Positions 18,895 through 27,570 of a stretch of 64,000 nucleotides of DNA are shown here, piece after piece. The stretch is from Oscillospiraceae bacterium (GTDB lineage: Bacteria > Bacillota > Clostridia > Oscillospirales > Ruminococcaceae). A program made the translations under genes and the position numbers. The notes under the pieces are model-generated. The model worked only from the letters and a program-made list of their open reading frames with translations. It made no database searches and had not been told where the DNA came from. The DNA lies in assembly GCA_047972265.1 (NCBI GenBank), contig JBKEAM010000046.1, positions 1,009 through 65,008 of the forward strand, given 5' to 3'. The stretch's first letter is position 1, and the number at the start of each line of letters is the position of its first letter.

Positions 18895-19734
18895 TTAAAT
18901 GGTTTGGCTGGCGTGCCGCGTTACATGGCAGCTTATGTTTACAGCGCAGGGCAGGCCTGCAATATGGGTTGGCATGGTTTCAATGGCAACCGCTAATGCG
19001 GTGGTATCGCCGCCATAGCCTTGTGGGCCAATGTTTAGCCCGTTTATTTTTTGTAGCAAATCCTGTTCCATTTGGGCATATAAGGGTTTTGGGTTGGGCT
19101 GGGTTGTGGGGCGCAGCAGTGCCTTTTTTGCAAGCAGGGCGGCTTTATCAAAGGTGCCGCCAATGCCTACCCCCACCACCATGGGTGGGCAGGGGTTTGG
19201 CCCGGCTTCTTTTACGGTTTGCAAAACAAAATCGATTACGCCCTGCTGGCCAGCGGCAGGGGTAAGCATTTTAATCTGGCTCATATTCTCGCTGCCAAAG
19301 CCTTTGGGCGCCACCGTTATGGTAAGAGCATCGCCCGGCATAAACTCTGTATATAGCATAGCAGGGGTGTTGTCTTTGGTGTTTATGCGCTCTAGTGGGT
19401 CTGCCACTACCGATTTGCGCAAATAGCCCTCGGCATAGCCTTGGCGCACACCCTCGTCCACCGCTTCGTTTATGTTGCCGTCAATGTATACTTCTTGCCC
19501 AATTTCTAAAAAAACGCAGGCCATGCCGGTATCTTGGCAAATGGGTACTTGGTTTTGCTCTGCAAGGGTATAGTTTTGTACCAATTGGTTTAAAATATCC
19601 TGTGCCAGCGGGTTAGTATCCCGTGCGGCAAAATCAACAATTTGTGTTTGTATGTCTTTTGGCAGATAAAGGTTGGCTTGTATGCAAAGCTGTTTTACTG
19701 CGGTGGTAATTTGGCTTGCCGGGATGGTTCTCAT
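18895..19734 (-). CDS. Fe-S hydro-lyase alpha subunit (class I fumarate hydratase / L-tartrate dehydratase family)
   Basis: CQDTGMACVFLEIGQEV and GVGIGGTFDKAALLAKKAL motifs. Confidence 0.8.
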   Translation of the reverse strand: MRTIPASQITTAVKQLCIQANLYLPKDIQTQIVDFAARDTNPLAQDILNQLVQNYTLAEQNQVPICQDTGMACVFLEIGQEVYIDGNINEAVDEGVRQGYAEGYLRKSVVADPLERINTKDNTPAMLYTEFMPGDALTITVAPKGFGSENMSQIKMLTPAAGQQGVIDFVLQTVKEAGPNPCPPMVVGVGIGGTFDKAALLAKKALLRPTTQPNPKPLYAQMEQDLLQKINGLNIGPQGYGGDTTALAVAIETMPTHIAGLPCAVNISCHVTRHASQTI

Positions 19735-19983
19735 TAAAAAAGCCCCCTAAAAAATAAGCAGATGCGAATAAGCTGTTTTGGTAGATGAAAGGTTTGTATA
19801 AAGAACAGGCTGAAATAAAGTTGCTTGGCGCAAAACTGCTAAATATATAATGTAAAGTATGCGTATGCCGCGGTTTTGCCGCCTAATAAAGCATATCACT
19901 TTACTTTGGTTGCTTCTATAAGTATAGGCGCAAAAGCGGGATATACACAAGCAAATAAAATGGAGAATAACAGCTAGCGCGGT

Positions 19984-20742
19984 TTAAAGGTCTTCTTCTA
20001 AAAGATATGCCAGCATTTGCTCTGGGTTATTTAAAAACTGTCGTGTTATTTGGTAATGCTCGGTTTGTTGGTAGGGCGTTTTTTGTATACCGTTTTGAGA
20101 CAACACGTAAATATCAGCATTTGGGTAGGCCATTAAAACAGGCGAATGGGTGCAAATAATAAATTGAGATCGCTGCTGCACCAGCTTGTGGATAGCGCTT
20201 AAAAGCGCCATTTGCCTTGTGGGAGAAAGAGCTGCTTCGGGCTCATCTAATATATACAGCCCCTGCCCGCCAAAGCGGTTTAGGATAAGGGATAAAAAAC
20301 TTTCTCCGTGAGATTGATTGTGCAAAGATTTGCCCCCGTAATACTGCAAAGAGGCACCAATTTCTTCTAACCTGTCTAGCTCAGTTGCTGCGTTATAAAA
20401 ACTTTCTGCCCGCAAAAAAAATCCATCTTTGGGGCGAATGGGACTGCGCACTACGGTAAGGGCATTGTAAAGGGGAGAGTGCGTTTCTTTTGTAGAAAAA
20501 TGAAAGTTAATGGTACCGCCCTCGGGGTTAAAACCGCAGTTTATGGCCAAAGCTTCTAATATGGTGGATTTTCCGGTGCCGTTTTCGCCAGTAAAAAAAG
20601 TGACAGGGCTTGAAAAATTCAGTTGCTCTTGCCGGGCCAAATGCTGCACAGCAGGCAAGTTTTGTAGGTAAGAATCATGCATGTCACGGGTTTGCCCCAG
20701 CCGTATAGCCCGTATGTAAATAGAAAAAGAATCTTTTTGCAC
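19984..20742 (-). CDS. Stand-alone ABC-like AAA ATPase (COG3910-like)
   Basis: Walker A GENGTGKST, signature-like SHGESF, Walker B LYILDEPEAALS, H-loop THSP. GTG start at 20742 after AAAGGAGG. Confidence 0.7.
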   Translation of the reverse strand: MQKDSFSIYIRAIRLGQTRDMHDSYLQNLPAVQHLARQEQLNFSSPVTFFTGENGTGKSTILEALAINCGFNPEGGTINFHFSTKETHSPLYNALTVVRSPIRPKDGFFLRAESFYNAATELDRLEEIGASLQYYGGKSLHNQSHGESFLSLILNRFGGQGLYILDEPEAALSPTRQMALLSAIHKLVQQRSQFIICTHSPVLMAYPNADIYVLSQNGIQKTPYQQTEHYQITRQFLNNPEQMLAYLLEEDL

Positions 20743-21020
20743 AGCGGGCCTCCTTTGGGATTGTATTTTAATGTTGATAAATGCATATAGGCTGCTTATA
20801 CAGATACAATCCCTTTGCTTAACTGTAAAATGCAAAGAACAATAAAGTACTTTGTAAAAGTGAAGTATATGGTAAGGATGTTCTTAATATGAAGGATTTT
20901 AAATTTGTTTGCTATACCATTATATACCGGCAAAGTGGATTAAACAAAACCAAAAATAAAGCGAAGTTTACGGTTATAAAGCATTGTAAAATAAAAACAA
21001 AAAATGCCGAAAAAAGGGGC

Positions 21021-21049
21021 TTTTCAAGCCCGCTTATATTTGGTATAAT
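21021..21049 (+). promoter_or_regulatory. Candidate extended -10 promoter for the tRNA gene
   Basis: TTTTCA, 17 nt, (TGg)TATAAT. Confidence 0.4.
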
Positions 21050-21129
21050 AGTCTTTGCGCAATACGCCTGTGCAGGTAACAAAGTATAGCTATGGAGCTA
21101 TAAGCGCAATTTTAATATTGTTATATCGT

Positions 21130-21206
21130 GGGCCTTTAGCTCAGTTGGTTAGAGCAACCGGCTCATAACCGGTCGGTCCTGGGTTCGAGTCCCCGAAGGC
21201 CCACCA
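21130..21206 (+). tRNA. tRNA with anticodon CAT, elongator type (Met, or Ile2 if lysidine-modified), encoded CCA end
   Basis: Hand-folded cloverleaf: acceptor GGGCCTT/AAGGCCC, D arm GCTC-AGTTGGTTA-GAGC, anticodon arm ACCGG-CTCATAA-CCGGT, variable CGGTC, T arm CTGGG-TTCGAGT-CCCCG (one mismatch), ACCA. The G1-C72 pair excludes an initiator. Confidence 0.85.
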
Positions 21207-21217
21207 CGATATAAATA

Positions 21218-21252
21218 ATCCACCTAGAGAAAATCTCTAGGTGGATTATTTT
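21218..21252. terminator. Bidirectional terminator between the tRNA and lemA
   Basis: ATCCACCTAGAGA-aaa-TCTCTAGGTGGAT, a 13-bp stem followed by TATTTT. Confidence 0.85.
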
Positions 21253-21277
21253 AGGTTTACTATTTAAAAAGAAGAAG

Positions 21278-21823
21278 CTAAAATTTAAGATTTACATCCT
21301 CGTGTTTATGGGCATCGGCAATAAACATAGGTGCCGCTGTTACATTGGCCATCCCTGCAATAATATTGGTAGGGATGGAAATTACTTTTTGATTTAAGAT
21401 AGACACATTGGCATTGTACAGTCTGCGGGCGGCTTGCAAATGTTCCTCCGCATCCATAATGCCATGTTGCAAATCAGAAAAGACCTTTTGAGAGGAAAGT
21501 GCGGGATAAGCCTCTGCAACGAGCTTAATTTCTCTGGTGGCCAGGTCCATCTGCTGTGTGGCCTGTTGCTTTTCCTCGATGGGCATATTGCTGCGCAGCC
21601 GGATGGCCTCTAAAAGCGTTTTTTGTTCCTGAGACAGATATCCCTTGGCAACATCAAACAGTTTTGTTAGCATATCATAGCGCTTTGTCAGCGCTACATC
21701 TATGCCCGAGTTGGCCTCTTGTACCTTTATTTGGCAGCGCTTAAGAGCATTGTATGTGCCAACAGCCCAAATAAATAAAAGCAAAAGTAAAAAAAGGATG
21801 GCAGCAACTATAATCCACGGCAT
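21278..21823 (-). CDS. lemA: LemA-family protein
   Basis: N-terminal TM, then YNALKRCQIKVQEANSGIDVALTKRYD...YNANV, the LemA pattern. Confidence 0.8.
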   Translation of the reverse strand: MPWIIVAAILFLLLLLFIWAVGTYNALKRCQIKVQEANSGIDVALTKRYDMLTKLFDVAKGYLSQEQKTLLEAIRLRSNMPIEEKQQATQQMDLATREIKLVAEAYPALSSQKVFSDLQHGIMDAEEHLQAARRLYNANVSILNQKVISIPTNIIAGMANVTAAPMFIADAHKHEDVNLKF

Positions 21824-21894
21824 AAATAATACCTCCCTATGTTATGCAAATGTATAAAATATATAATTTTAAAAAAGGCAATGAGAGCCTTATA

Positions 21895-23250
21895 CTATCC
21901 GGGCAAAGCGCTGGATGCCAATGCATCCATCATATCGGTAACAGGCAAAATGTCTTTTATAATTCGGCTTCTTACTTCGTCCTCCGTTAATGCGCCAACG
22001 TAAAGAAATTGAAAAGCATCGGGTACGCCGCTAAGAGCAAAATGAATCTGATTTTGAAAACAGCAGATACCAATGCCTTCCCTCATGGGTTTATCTTCGG
22101 TGGTGGTTACAAACTCCTTTAAACGCTCCATTAAGCGTGGGGTAAGCAGATAAAACGCTTCCTGAGGATTTTGCGCATAAATTGTAAATAGGCTGTTAAA
22201 TTCCATATCCTCTGTTTGAACATTTTGCAGGGCTGGATTATCAACTATTTTTTTGCCAATACTGTCAAACCGGCGGTTGTATAGATATACAGAGCCAGTA
22301 ATGGTTTTGGTATTGGTTACGCTAAGCCAGCGGCCAGAGAAAATATCGGTTGTTTTTGACGAATTGTCGTCTTTAAAATGCTCTATCATAGAATACTTAA
22401 CGTCAGACTGCGCAAAGGCAAACCCGCGGTATTCTCCCTGAATATAGTCGTTTGAAGAGAAAGAGTTGCCCCATGGCATCAGGTTGGTATTATCGATGAT
22501 GTCTTTGGGGATGCCGCTTTCTCGCACAAAAACAGCATTTTTAAAGACTTTATCCAAAACACTTTTAATCATCTCGTGCGGAGAAACCGGAACGCCTGTG
22601 TTGGTAAAAAGTTTAATTGCTTTTAATAAGGGGATAAAAAGCAGCACAATGCCTATAATGCCAAGCCCCTGTGCCGAACCTACCGTAAATAGGGTAATGT
22701 TTTTGGCAAAAAGTTCGGGATCTATTCCACTGTTTGCTGGTGGCAGTAAAGGGATAATTTGAGATAAGGGGAATGAGAGAAGAGCCGGTACAAGCAGCAA
22801 TAAACCAAAGATCCAAAAACGTTTAGTAGACTTTTTGTGTTTTTTCCATCGCTCTGCCTGTGCAATATCGTATTCACTTTTGCCATTTTGGTAAGAGGCC
22901 TGGTAGCGCTTATCAAGGGCGGACATATCCCGGATAGTAGAATAGAGCGCAATTAAAATACCAATGATGAGAGAAGCCATGGCCATTATGCCAAGGTAGG
23001 GGGCAATGGGGGCTAAGCCGTACTCTTGTATAAATTGTTTGCTAAGATCTACCCCGCCGGAAACGAAGCCACGTTGTCCCAAAACAGAATAGGCAGCTGT
23101 ATTTAGCAAAACAACAGAAACAAATGCTAAAATATAGCCAAAGCATCCAAAGCATCCCTTTCTTTCTTTTTTGCTTCTCTCCTGCCTTACATAGTTTGTT
23201 TCTTGCCAAGACTGATTTTTCGGATTGGGGCCTGCATTGTGTTGCTGCAT
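21895..23250 (-). CDS. Multi-pass membrane protein with C-terminal soluble domain (DUF3137-like), LemA partner
   Basis: 4-5 TM helices, then YIQGEYRGFAFAQSDV...FSGRWLSVTN. ATG at 23250 after GGAGG. The family assignment is from memory. Confidence 0.5.
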   Translation of the reverse strand: MQQHNAGPNPKNQSWQETNYVRQERSKKERKGCFGCFGYILAFVSVVLLNTAAYSVLGQRGFVSGGVDLSKQFIQEYGLAPIAPYLGIMAMASLIIGILIALYSTIRDMSALDKRYQASYQNGKSEYDIAQAERWKKHKKSTKRFWIFGLLLLVPALLSFPLSQIIPLLPPANSGIDPELFAKNITLFTVGSAQGLGIIGIVLLFIPLLKAIKLFTNTGVPVSPHEMIKSVLDKVFKNAVFVRESGIPKDIIDNTNLMPWGNSFSSNDYIQGEYRGFAFAQSDVKYSMIEHFKDDNSSKTTDIFSGRWLSVTNTKTITGSVYLYNRRFDSIGKKIVDNPALQNVQTEDMEFNSLFTIYAQNPQEAFYLLTPRLMERLKEFVTTTEDKPMREGIGICCFQNQIHFALSGVPDAFQFLYVGALTEDEVRSRIIKDILPVTDMMDALASSALPG

Positions 23251-23551
23251 AATTCCTCCGGTATCTGCTTTTTTGGTTTGCCTTTGCACATCAAAACATT
23301 CAATGCAAAATTACACTTCCAGCTTATTGTACAGTAATAAAGCCGAAGGTGTAAACAAAATAATTTTAAGCAACGATGATTTTTAGCAAAAGGGCTCCCG
23401 AAATTAGGTTAGAGCAGCGCCTTTCTGCCGTAATTACCAGCGCCTAAAAACAGGCAAGTGCTTGCTCTGTTGCATCTATAGGCAGTAAACGCCGTGTAAA
23501 AAAGCATAATTCCCGTATTGGTTTACTAGTGACAAATAAAAATGCTTCTAT

Positions 23552-23599
23552 TAAAAAATAATCCCTAGGGGCGCAGCATTTTAACGCTGTACCCCTAGG
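23552..23599 (-). terminator. Terminator at the end of the acid-sugar locus (after the VOC gene)
   Basis: CCCTAGGGG-CGCAGC...GCTG-TA-CCCCTAGGG stem with an internal mismatch. On the minus strand it is followed by ATTATTTTTT. Confidence 0.65.
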
Positions 23600-23618
23600 G
23601 TGTTTTTAAAGCTGTTAT

Positions 23619-23966
23619 TTACTTTTGCATAATGTGTATGGCAAAGCCGCCAAATTCGCCATCCAGGTATACATTTTTTATTTTGCCGTCTTCGGTATAT
23701 GCGGCGGTGTCCATGTTAAAAGAGAAGCCTTTCTCTTTTAATTCTTCTACCGCGGTGGTTAAATTGGGGGTGCGCATGGCAATGTGGCCATTTGCGCCCA
23801 AAAAGGGAGCCTTCATGCATTCAAAATAGGGGCCGCCAAACTCCGATTTTTGCCCATGGCGGGGTTCTAGGTTAAACATCATGCTTAAAAGCTGTGCAAG
23901 CTTTTCGGCTTCTTCGGCATTGGGGGTATTAATGCCAATGTGCTCCAGTTCAAATTTAGTATTCAT
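23619..23966 (-). CDS. VOC (glyoxalase/bleomycin-resistance fold) family protein, 115 aa
   Basis: LEHIGINTPN...GHIAMRT...GGFAIHIMQK. Clearly homologous to the C-terminal domain of the eda fusion at 37219-38181. Confidence 0.7.
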   Translation of the reverse strand: MNTKFELEHIGINTPNAEEAEKLAQLLSMMFNLEPRHGQKSEFGGPYFECMKAPFLGANGHIAMRTPNLTTAVEELKEKGFSFNMDTAAYTEDGKIKNVYLDGEFGGFAIHIMQK

Positions 23967-24033
23967 AGTAATCCTTTTCTTTTTACGTATAGAGGATTTT
24001 TGTATATGCAGTCTACCTTGCTGTGCTAAACCA

Positions 24034-25314
24034 CTACATGGGGAACATAAGCAGGGCGCCCGCTGTTAGGGCAAGCAAGCGGATAAAGTACATTGGTACA
24101 GTAAATTTCCAAAACTCAGTTAGTTTGTAGTTACCAATACCCATAATCATGGCGGGCATGCCATCGATGGGTAAAAAGTGGCCGTTCCAGCCAGAAACTA
24201 CAATGGCAGCGGCAGCAGCTGTTGGGTTTAGGCCAAGGCTCATGCAGGTAGAAATAGCCAAAGGGGCAAATACATACACGGTGCCAAGGGTAGAGCCGGT
24301 AAGGGTTGCCAAAACACTGGTAAGTACACAGAAGGCAAATACCAAAATAAAGGGGTTGATGTTATTGCCCAGTAAATTGGCTACACTTTCGCCTACCAAA
24401 GCGGTTAGGCCGGTACTGCCAAGTGCATCGGCAACACCAATAACACCGGCGGACATTAAAATAATGGGAGAGCTGATGCTGTTGCGGATTTCTTTAAGAT
24501 CCATAGCGCCAACAGCCAGCAACAGGGCAACAGCCAGGCCGGTAATGGCGTAGCCTGCATCACCAATGCTGCTTTGCAACAACATGCCAACAACGGCAAT
24601 TAAAAATGCGGCATATATGGTGTATTCTTTCCAGCGGGGCATTTCAACAACATTTTCGTCCGCGGCTTTTGCATCTACCTCAGGCTCTGCAATGGGATGG
24701 TTTGGCAGAGGTTTGTAAGCAATAAGGCACCAGATTAAGAACCCGGCAGAAAGAATAAAGGTCATGATAGAAAATTTAAATACAGAAATTTCGCCAACAA
24801 GGGCTCCGGCGCTTTGCAAAACGGCTACGGCAATACCGTACTGTAACGCTACGTTTACGGGGATTAAGGGATGGTTTGCTGCAAAGCCTGCGGGCATTAT
24901 AATTTTAGAGCCGGGCAGCTTTTCGTTGTGGGGAATGGTGGAGAGAAGCCCTAGAGTTAGTACGTAGTATGCGGTAGACCCAGTGCCGAACAGGCTGGTG
25001 CCCAGCATAACAACAAGAATAAGCAAAACATATGCTTTAAATCCGCCTTTGCTGGCCACTTTATTCATGGTTCTTTTAAAGGCAACAATAAAGCGGGTTT
25101 TTTGCAGGGCGGTCATAATAGCCATAAATGAAGCAAGCATAACAACGGTAGAGTTTGAGAAGCCTGCAAAAGCAGATTTGATATCAGCTATACCAAATAC
25201 TACCAGCAGCAAGCATGCGAGCAAGGGAGGCGCACCGAAGGGGAGTTTCTCTGTCATGATTAAAATAATCATAAGCACAGTGATTGCAAGAGCAATAATC
25301 ATTGAAACTGTCAT
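24034..25314 (-). CDS. Anion permease of the ion-transporter superfamily (SLC13/CitMHS/ArsB-like)
   Basis: 426 aa, about 11-12 TM helices, family-like N-terminus ...LPFGAPPLLACLLLVVFGI.... Confidence 0.6.
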   Translation of the reverse strand: MTVSMIIALAITVLMIILIMTEKLPFGAPPLLACLLLVVFGIADIKSAFAGFSNSTVVMLASFMAIMTALQKTRFIVAFKRTMNKVASKGGFKAYVLLILVVMLGTSLFGTGSTAYYVLTLGLLSTIPHNEKLPGSKIIMPAGFAANHPLIPVNVALQYGIAVAVLQSAGALVGEISVFKFSIMTFILSAGFLIWCLIAYKPLPNHPIAEPEVDAKAADENVVEMPRWKEYTIYAAFLIAVVGMLLQSSIGDAGYAITGLAVALLLAVGAMDLKEIRNSISSPIILMSAGVIGVADALGSTGLTALVGESVANLLGNNINPFILVFAFCVLTSVLATLTGSTLGTVYVFAPLAISTCMSLGLNPTAAAAAIVVSGWNGHFLPIDGMPAMIMGIGNYKLTEFWKFTVPMYFIRLLALTAGALLMFPM

Positions 25315-25543
25315 TTGTTGGCTTTCCTTTCTGCTATCAATTTTTTGTGGTTGGGCAATAACTAGCTAAAGATAAGCGTTTGGACAGGCGGCATACCCGT
25401 TACATACCAATAAGCAAGCAGCTTGGCGGCAGGCATATTTGCATACGGCCAAATAAGGGGGGGAGGCACGGGTTTACCAGGCTTTGGCAGCAGAAAGCCG
25501 CCGCAACATAAAGTAGAAATAGTACAGATTCCTCCGCTATTTT

Positions 25544-26620
25544 TTAAGCTTTGTTTTTGGCGTTTGCCATAACAATTGAATAATCAATTGCGTTTACAAG
25601 GCTAAGTTCACTGCTGGTACCCTTGCCAGCAAGGTCAAAGCCGGTGCCGTGGTCTACGCTGGTGCGTATAATGGGAAGCCCAAGTGTTACATTAACGCCC
25701 TCTACCGCTTTCCAGGCCTGCTTTTCGCGGTCGAACACAAAACCTACGGTTTTTAGCGGAATATGCCCCTGATCGTGGTACATGCACACCACAATATCGT
25801 ACATACCGCCCAAAGCCAAAGAAAATACACTGTCTGCCGGCAGGGGGCCAATGGCGTTAATGCCTTTTGCCTTTGCCTCTGCAATAGCGGGGTTTATTTC
25901 TTCAATTTCTTCGGTGCCAAACAAACCGTTTTCGCCGCAGTGCGGGTTTAAACCTGCCACAGCTACCCGGGGGGCGGCTATGCCCATCTCTTTGCAGGCT
26001 TTATCGGCAATCTCTATCACCTCCAGTACCCGCGCTTTCTTTACCCTGTCGCATGCTTGCCGTAAAGATACATGGGTAGAAACGTGTACCACACGCAAAT
26101 CGTGGTGGGCAAGCATCATGGTGTATTTTTTGGCACCGGTGTAGGTGGCATAAATTTCGGTGTGCCCGTCAAAGTGGGTGTGACCGTCGGACTTTTCGCC
26201 TTTATAGTATTCTAGGGCATTATTAAGAGACTCTTTGTTTAGTGCATTGGTGCAGGTGGCAACTACTTCTCCGGCCATTGCAAGCCTAATAACCTCGCGC
26301 ACGCACTGAAATGCGGCGTTGCCGCCCTCAACGCTAATTTTGCCAATTTCAAACCGAGAAATATCGGCAACAAGGGGAAGGTGCAGTACATCTATTGTGC
26401 CGGGAACAAACTGCGCATCGGCCACAGTATTGCAATGACGAATTTTAATTTCGGACCGCCCTACAAAGCGGGTGGCTTGTTCCATTATTGCGGCATCCCC
26501 CACAACAAGGGGGCGGCAGCGAGTGTACAAATTGGGGTTTGCCAATGCTTTTATAGTAATCTCGGGGCCATTGCCCGCGGGGTCACCCATTGTAATTGCA
26601 ACAATTGGTTTTTTATCCAT
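25544..26620 (-). CDS. PdxA-family NAD-dependent dehydrogenase (PdxA2-like 4-phospho-aldonate dehydrogenase, decarboxylating)
   Basis: ITMGDPAGNGPEI, GLNPHCGENG, HDQGHIPLK and VDHGTGFDLAGKG motifs. Confidence 0.85.
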   Translation of the reverse strand: MDKKPIVAITMGDPAGNGPEITIKALANPNLYTRCRPLVVGDAAIMEQATRFVGRSEIKIRHCNTVADAQFVPGTIDVLHLPLVADISRFEIGKISVEGGNAAFQCVREVIRLAMAGEVVATCTNALNKESLNNALEYYKGEKSDGHTHFDGHTEIYATYTGAKKYTMMLAHHDLRVVHVSTHVSLRQACDRVKKARVLEVIEIADKACKEMGIAAPRVAVAGLNPHCGENGLFGTEEIEEINPAIAEAKAKGINAIGPLPADSVFSLALGGMYDIVVCMYHDQGHIPLKTVGFVFDREKQAWKAVEGVNVTLGLPIIRTSVDHGTGFDLAGKGTSSELSLVNAIDYSIVMANAKNKA

Positions 26621-26635
26621 TGGGGATATCCTTTC

Positions 26636-27544
26636 TTACTGCATACCTTTGGCGGTATTTTCCTTTAAAACCTGCTGCAGCGCTTCAATTCCTTCGTCAC
26701 ACAGGTAGTTAAAAGGACGGCGGCAATCGCCTACGGGGTAGCCAAGTAAAGAAACAGCTTTTTTAACAATGGTGTTGGGGTTGCCATATTTAAATACAGC
26801 ACGGAAAGAAGCAATAGAATCCTGTGCAATTTTTGCTTCTTCCAATTTACCGGCTTTAAATAGCTCGTAAATAGAAGCCAAGACATGGGGATATACGTTG
26901 GCGCAACCGGCAATACCACCGGCACCGCCCTCTTGCAAGCAGGGCAAAATCAACGAGTCGTTTCCGGACAAAACGCGAAAATCTTTGTCTAGCTCTTTGG
27001 TTTGGGTTATGTAGGCCAACAGGTTGTCCCAATCTCCGCTAGAGTCTTTGGCACCCATAATAACGTCTACATCTTTGGCAAGTTTTGCAACGGTTTCGGG
27101 CAATAGTTTGTTGCCGGTACGTGCGGGAATATTGTAAAGCACAATGGGGGTATCTACGTGTTTTGCAACTTCTACATAATGGTCGTACAGCTCTTTTTGA
27201 GAGGCCACGGCAAAACTGGGGGTGATGATAGACAATACATCGGCACCTAAATCTTGTGCTTTTTTGCTCATGCGAATGGTGTCGGCAGTAGAGATGCAGC
27301 CGGTACCGGCGTATACGGGTACGCGCCCTTTTACCTGGTCTATGGTGGCTTCCAACACTTCAATTTTTTCGTTTTCGTTTAAAATATAGCCCTCGCCATT
27401 GGTGCCAAAGGGGAAAAGTCCATGTACGCCACCCGCCAATAGGCGTTCTATTTGGTTGCACAGTTCATCCAAATTAACCGATTCGTCAGCGTTCATGGGG
27501 GTTAAAATGGGAGGGATAATGCCCTTAAGTTCAACGTTTTTCAT
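26636..27544 (-). CDS. DapA/NanA-family class I (Schiff-base) lyase
   Basis: GVHGLFPFGTNGEG, YAGTG, LYNIPARTG, and the Schiff-base Lys context MGAKDSSGD. Confidence 0.8.
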   Translation of the reverse strand: MKNVELKGIIPPILTPMNADESVNLDELCNQIERLLAGGVHGLFPFGTNGEGYILNENEKIEVLEATIDQVKGRVPVYAGTGCISTADTIRMSKKAQDLGADVLSIITPSFAVASQKELYDHYVEVAKHVDTPIVLYNIPARTGNKLLPETVAKLAKDVDVIMGAKDSSGDWDNLLAYITQTKELDKDFRVLSGNDSLILPCLQEGGAGGIAGCANVYPHVLASIYELFKAGKLEEAKIAQDSIASFRAVFKYGNPNTIVKKAVSLLGYPVGDCRRPFNYLCDEGIEALQQVLKENTAKGMQ

Positions 27545-27570
27545 TCTGATGTTCTCCTTCTTGTAATACT

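Noticed and set aside
20889-21089. 66-aa Lys-rich ORF in the gap between the ATPase gene and the tRNA.
   Set aside because: It has a poor RBS and low-complexity AT-driven composition, and it overlaps the tRNA promoter-like element. There is no motif.
19984-23250. Possibility that the tRNA marks an integrated genomic island.
   Set aside because: I found no integrase or recombinase gene, no repeat of the tRNA 3' end that I could detect nearby, and no compositional break visible by eye. The flanking genes are ordinary chromosomal types.
25423-25444. Sigma-54-like element TTGGCGGCAGGCATATTTGCAT in the 229-nt gap inside the acid-sugar locus.
   Set aside because: The GG-to-GC spacing is one nucleotide too long for a -24/-12 promoter. 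It is also on the plus strand, pointing antisense into the pdxA-like gene.
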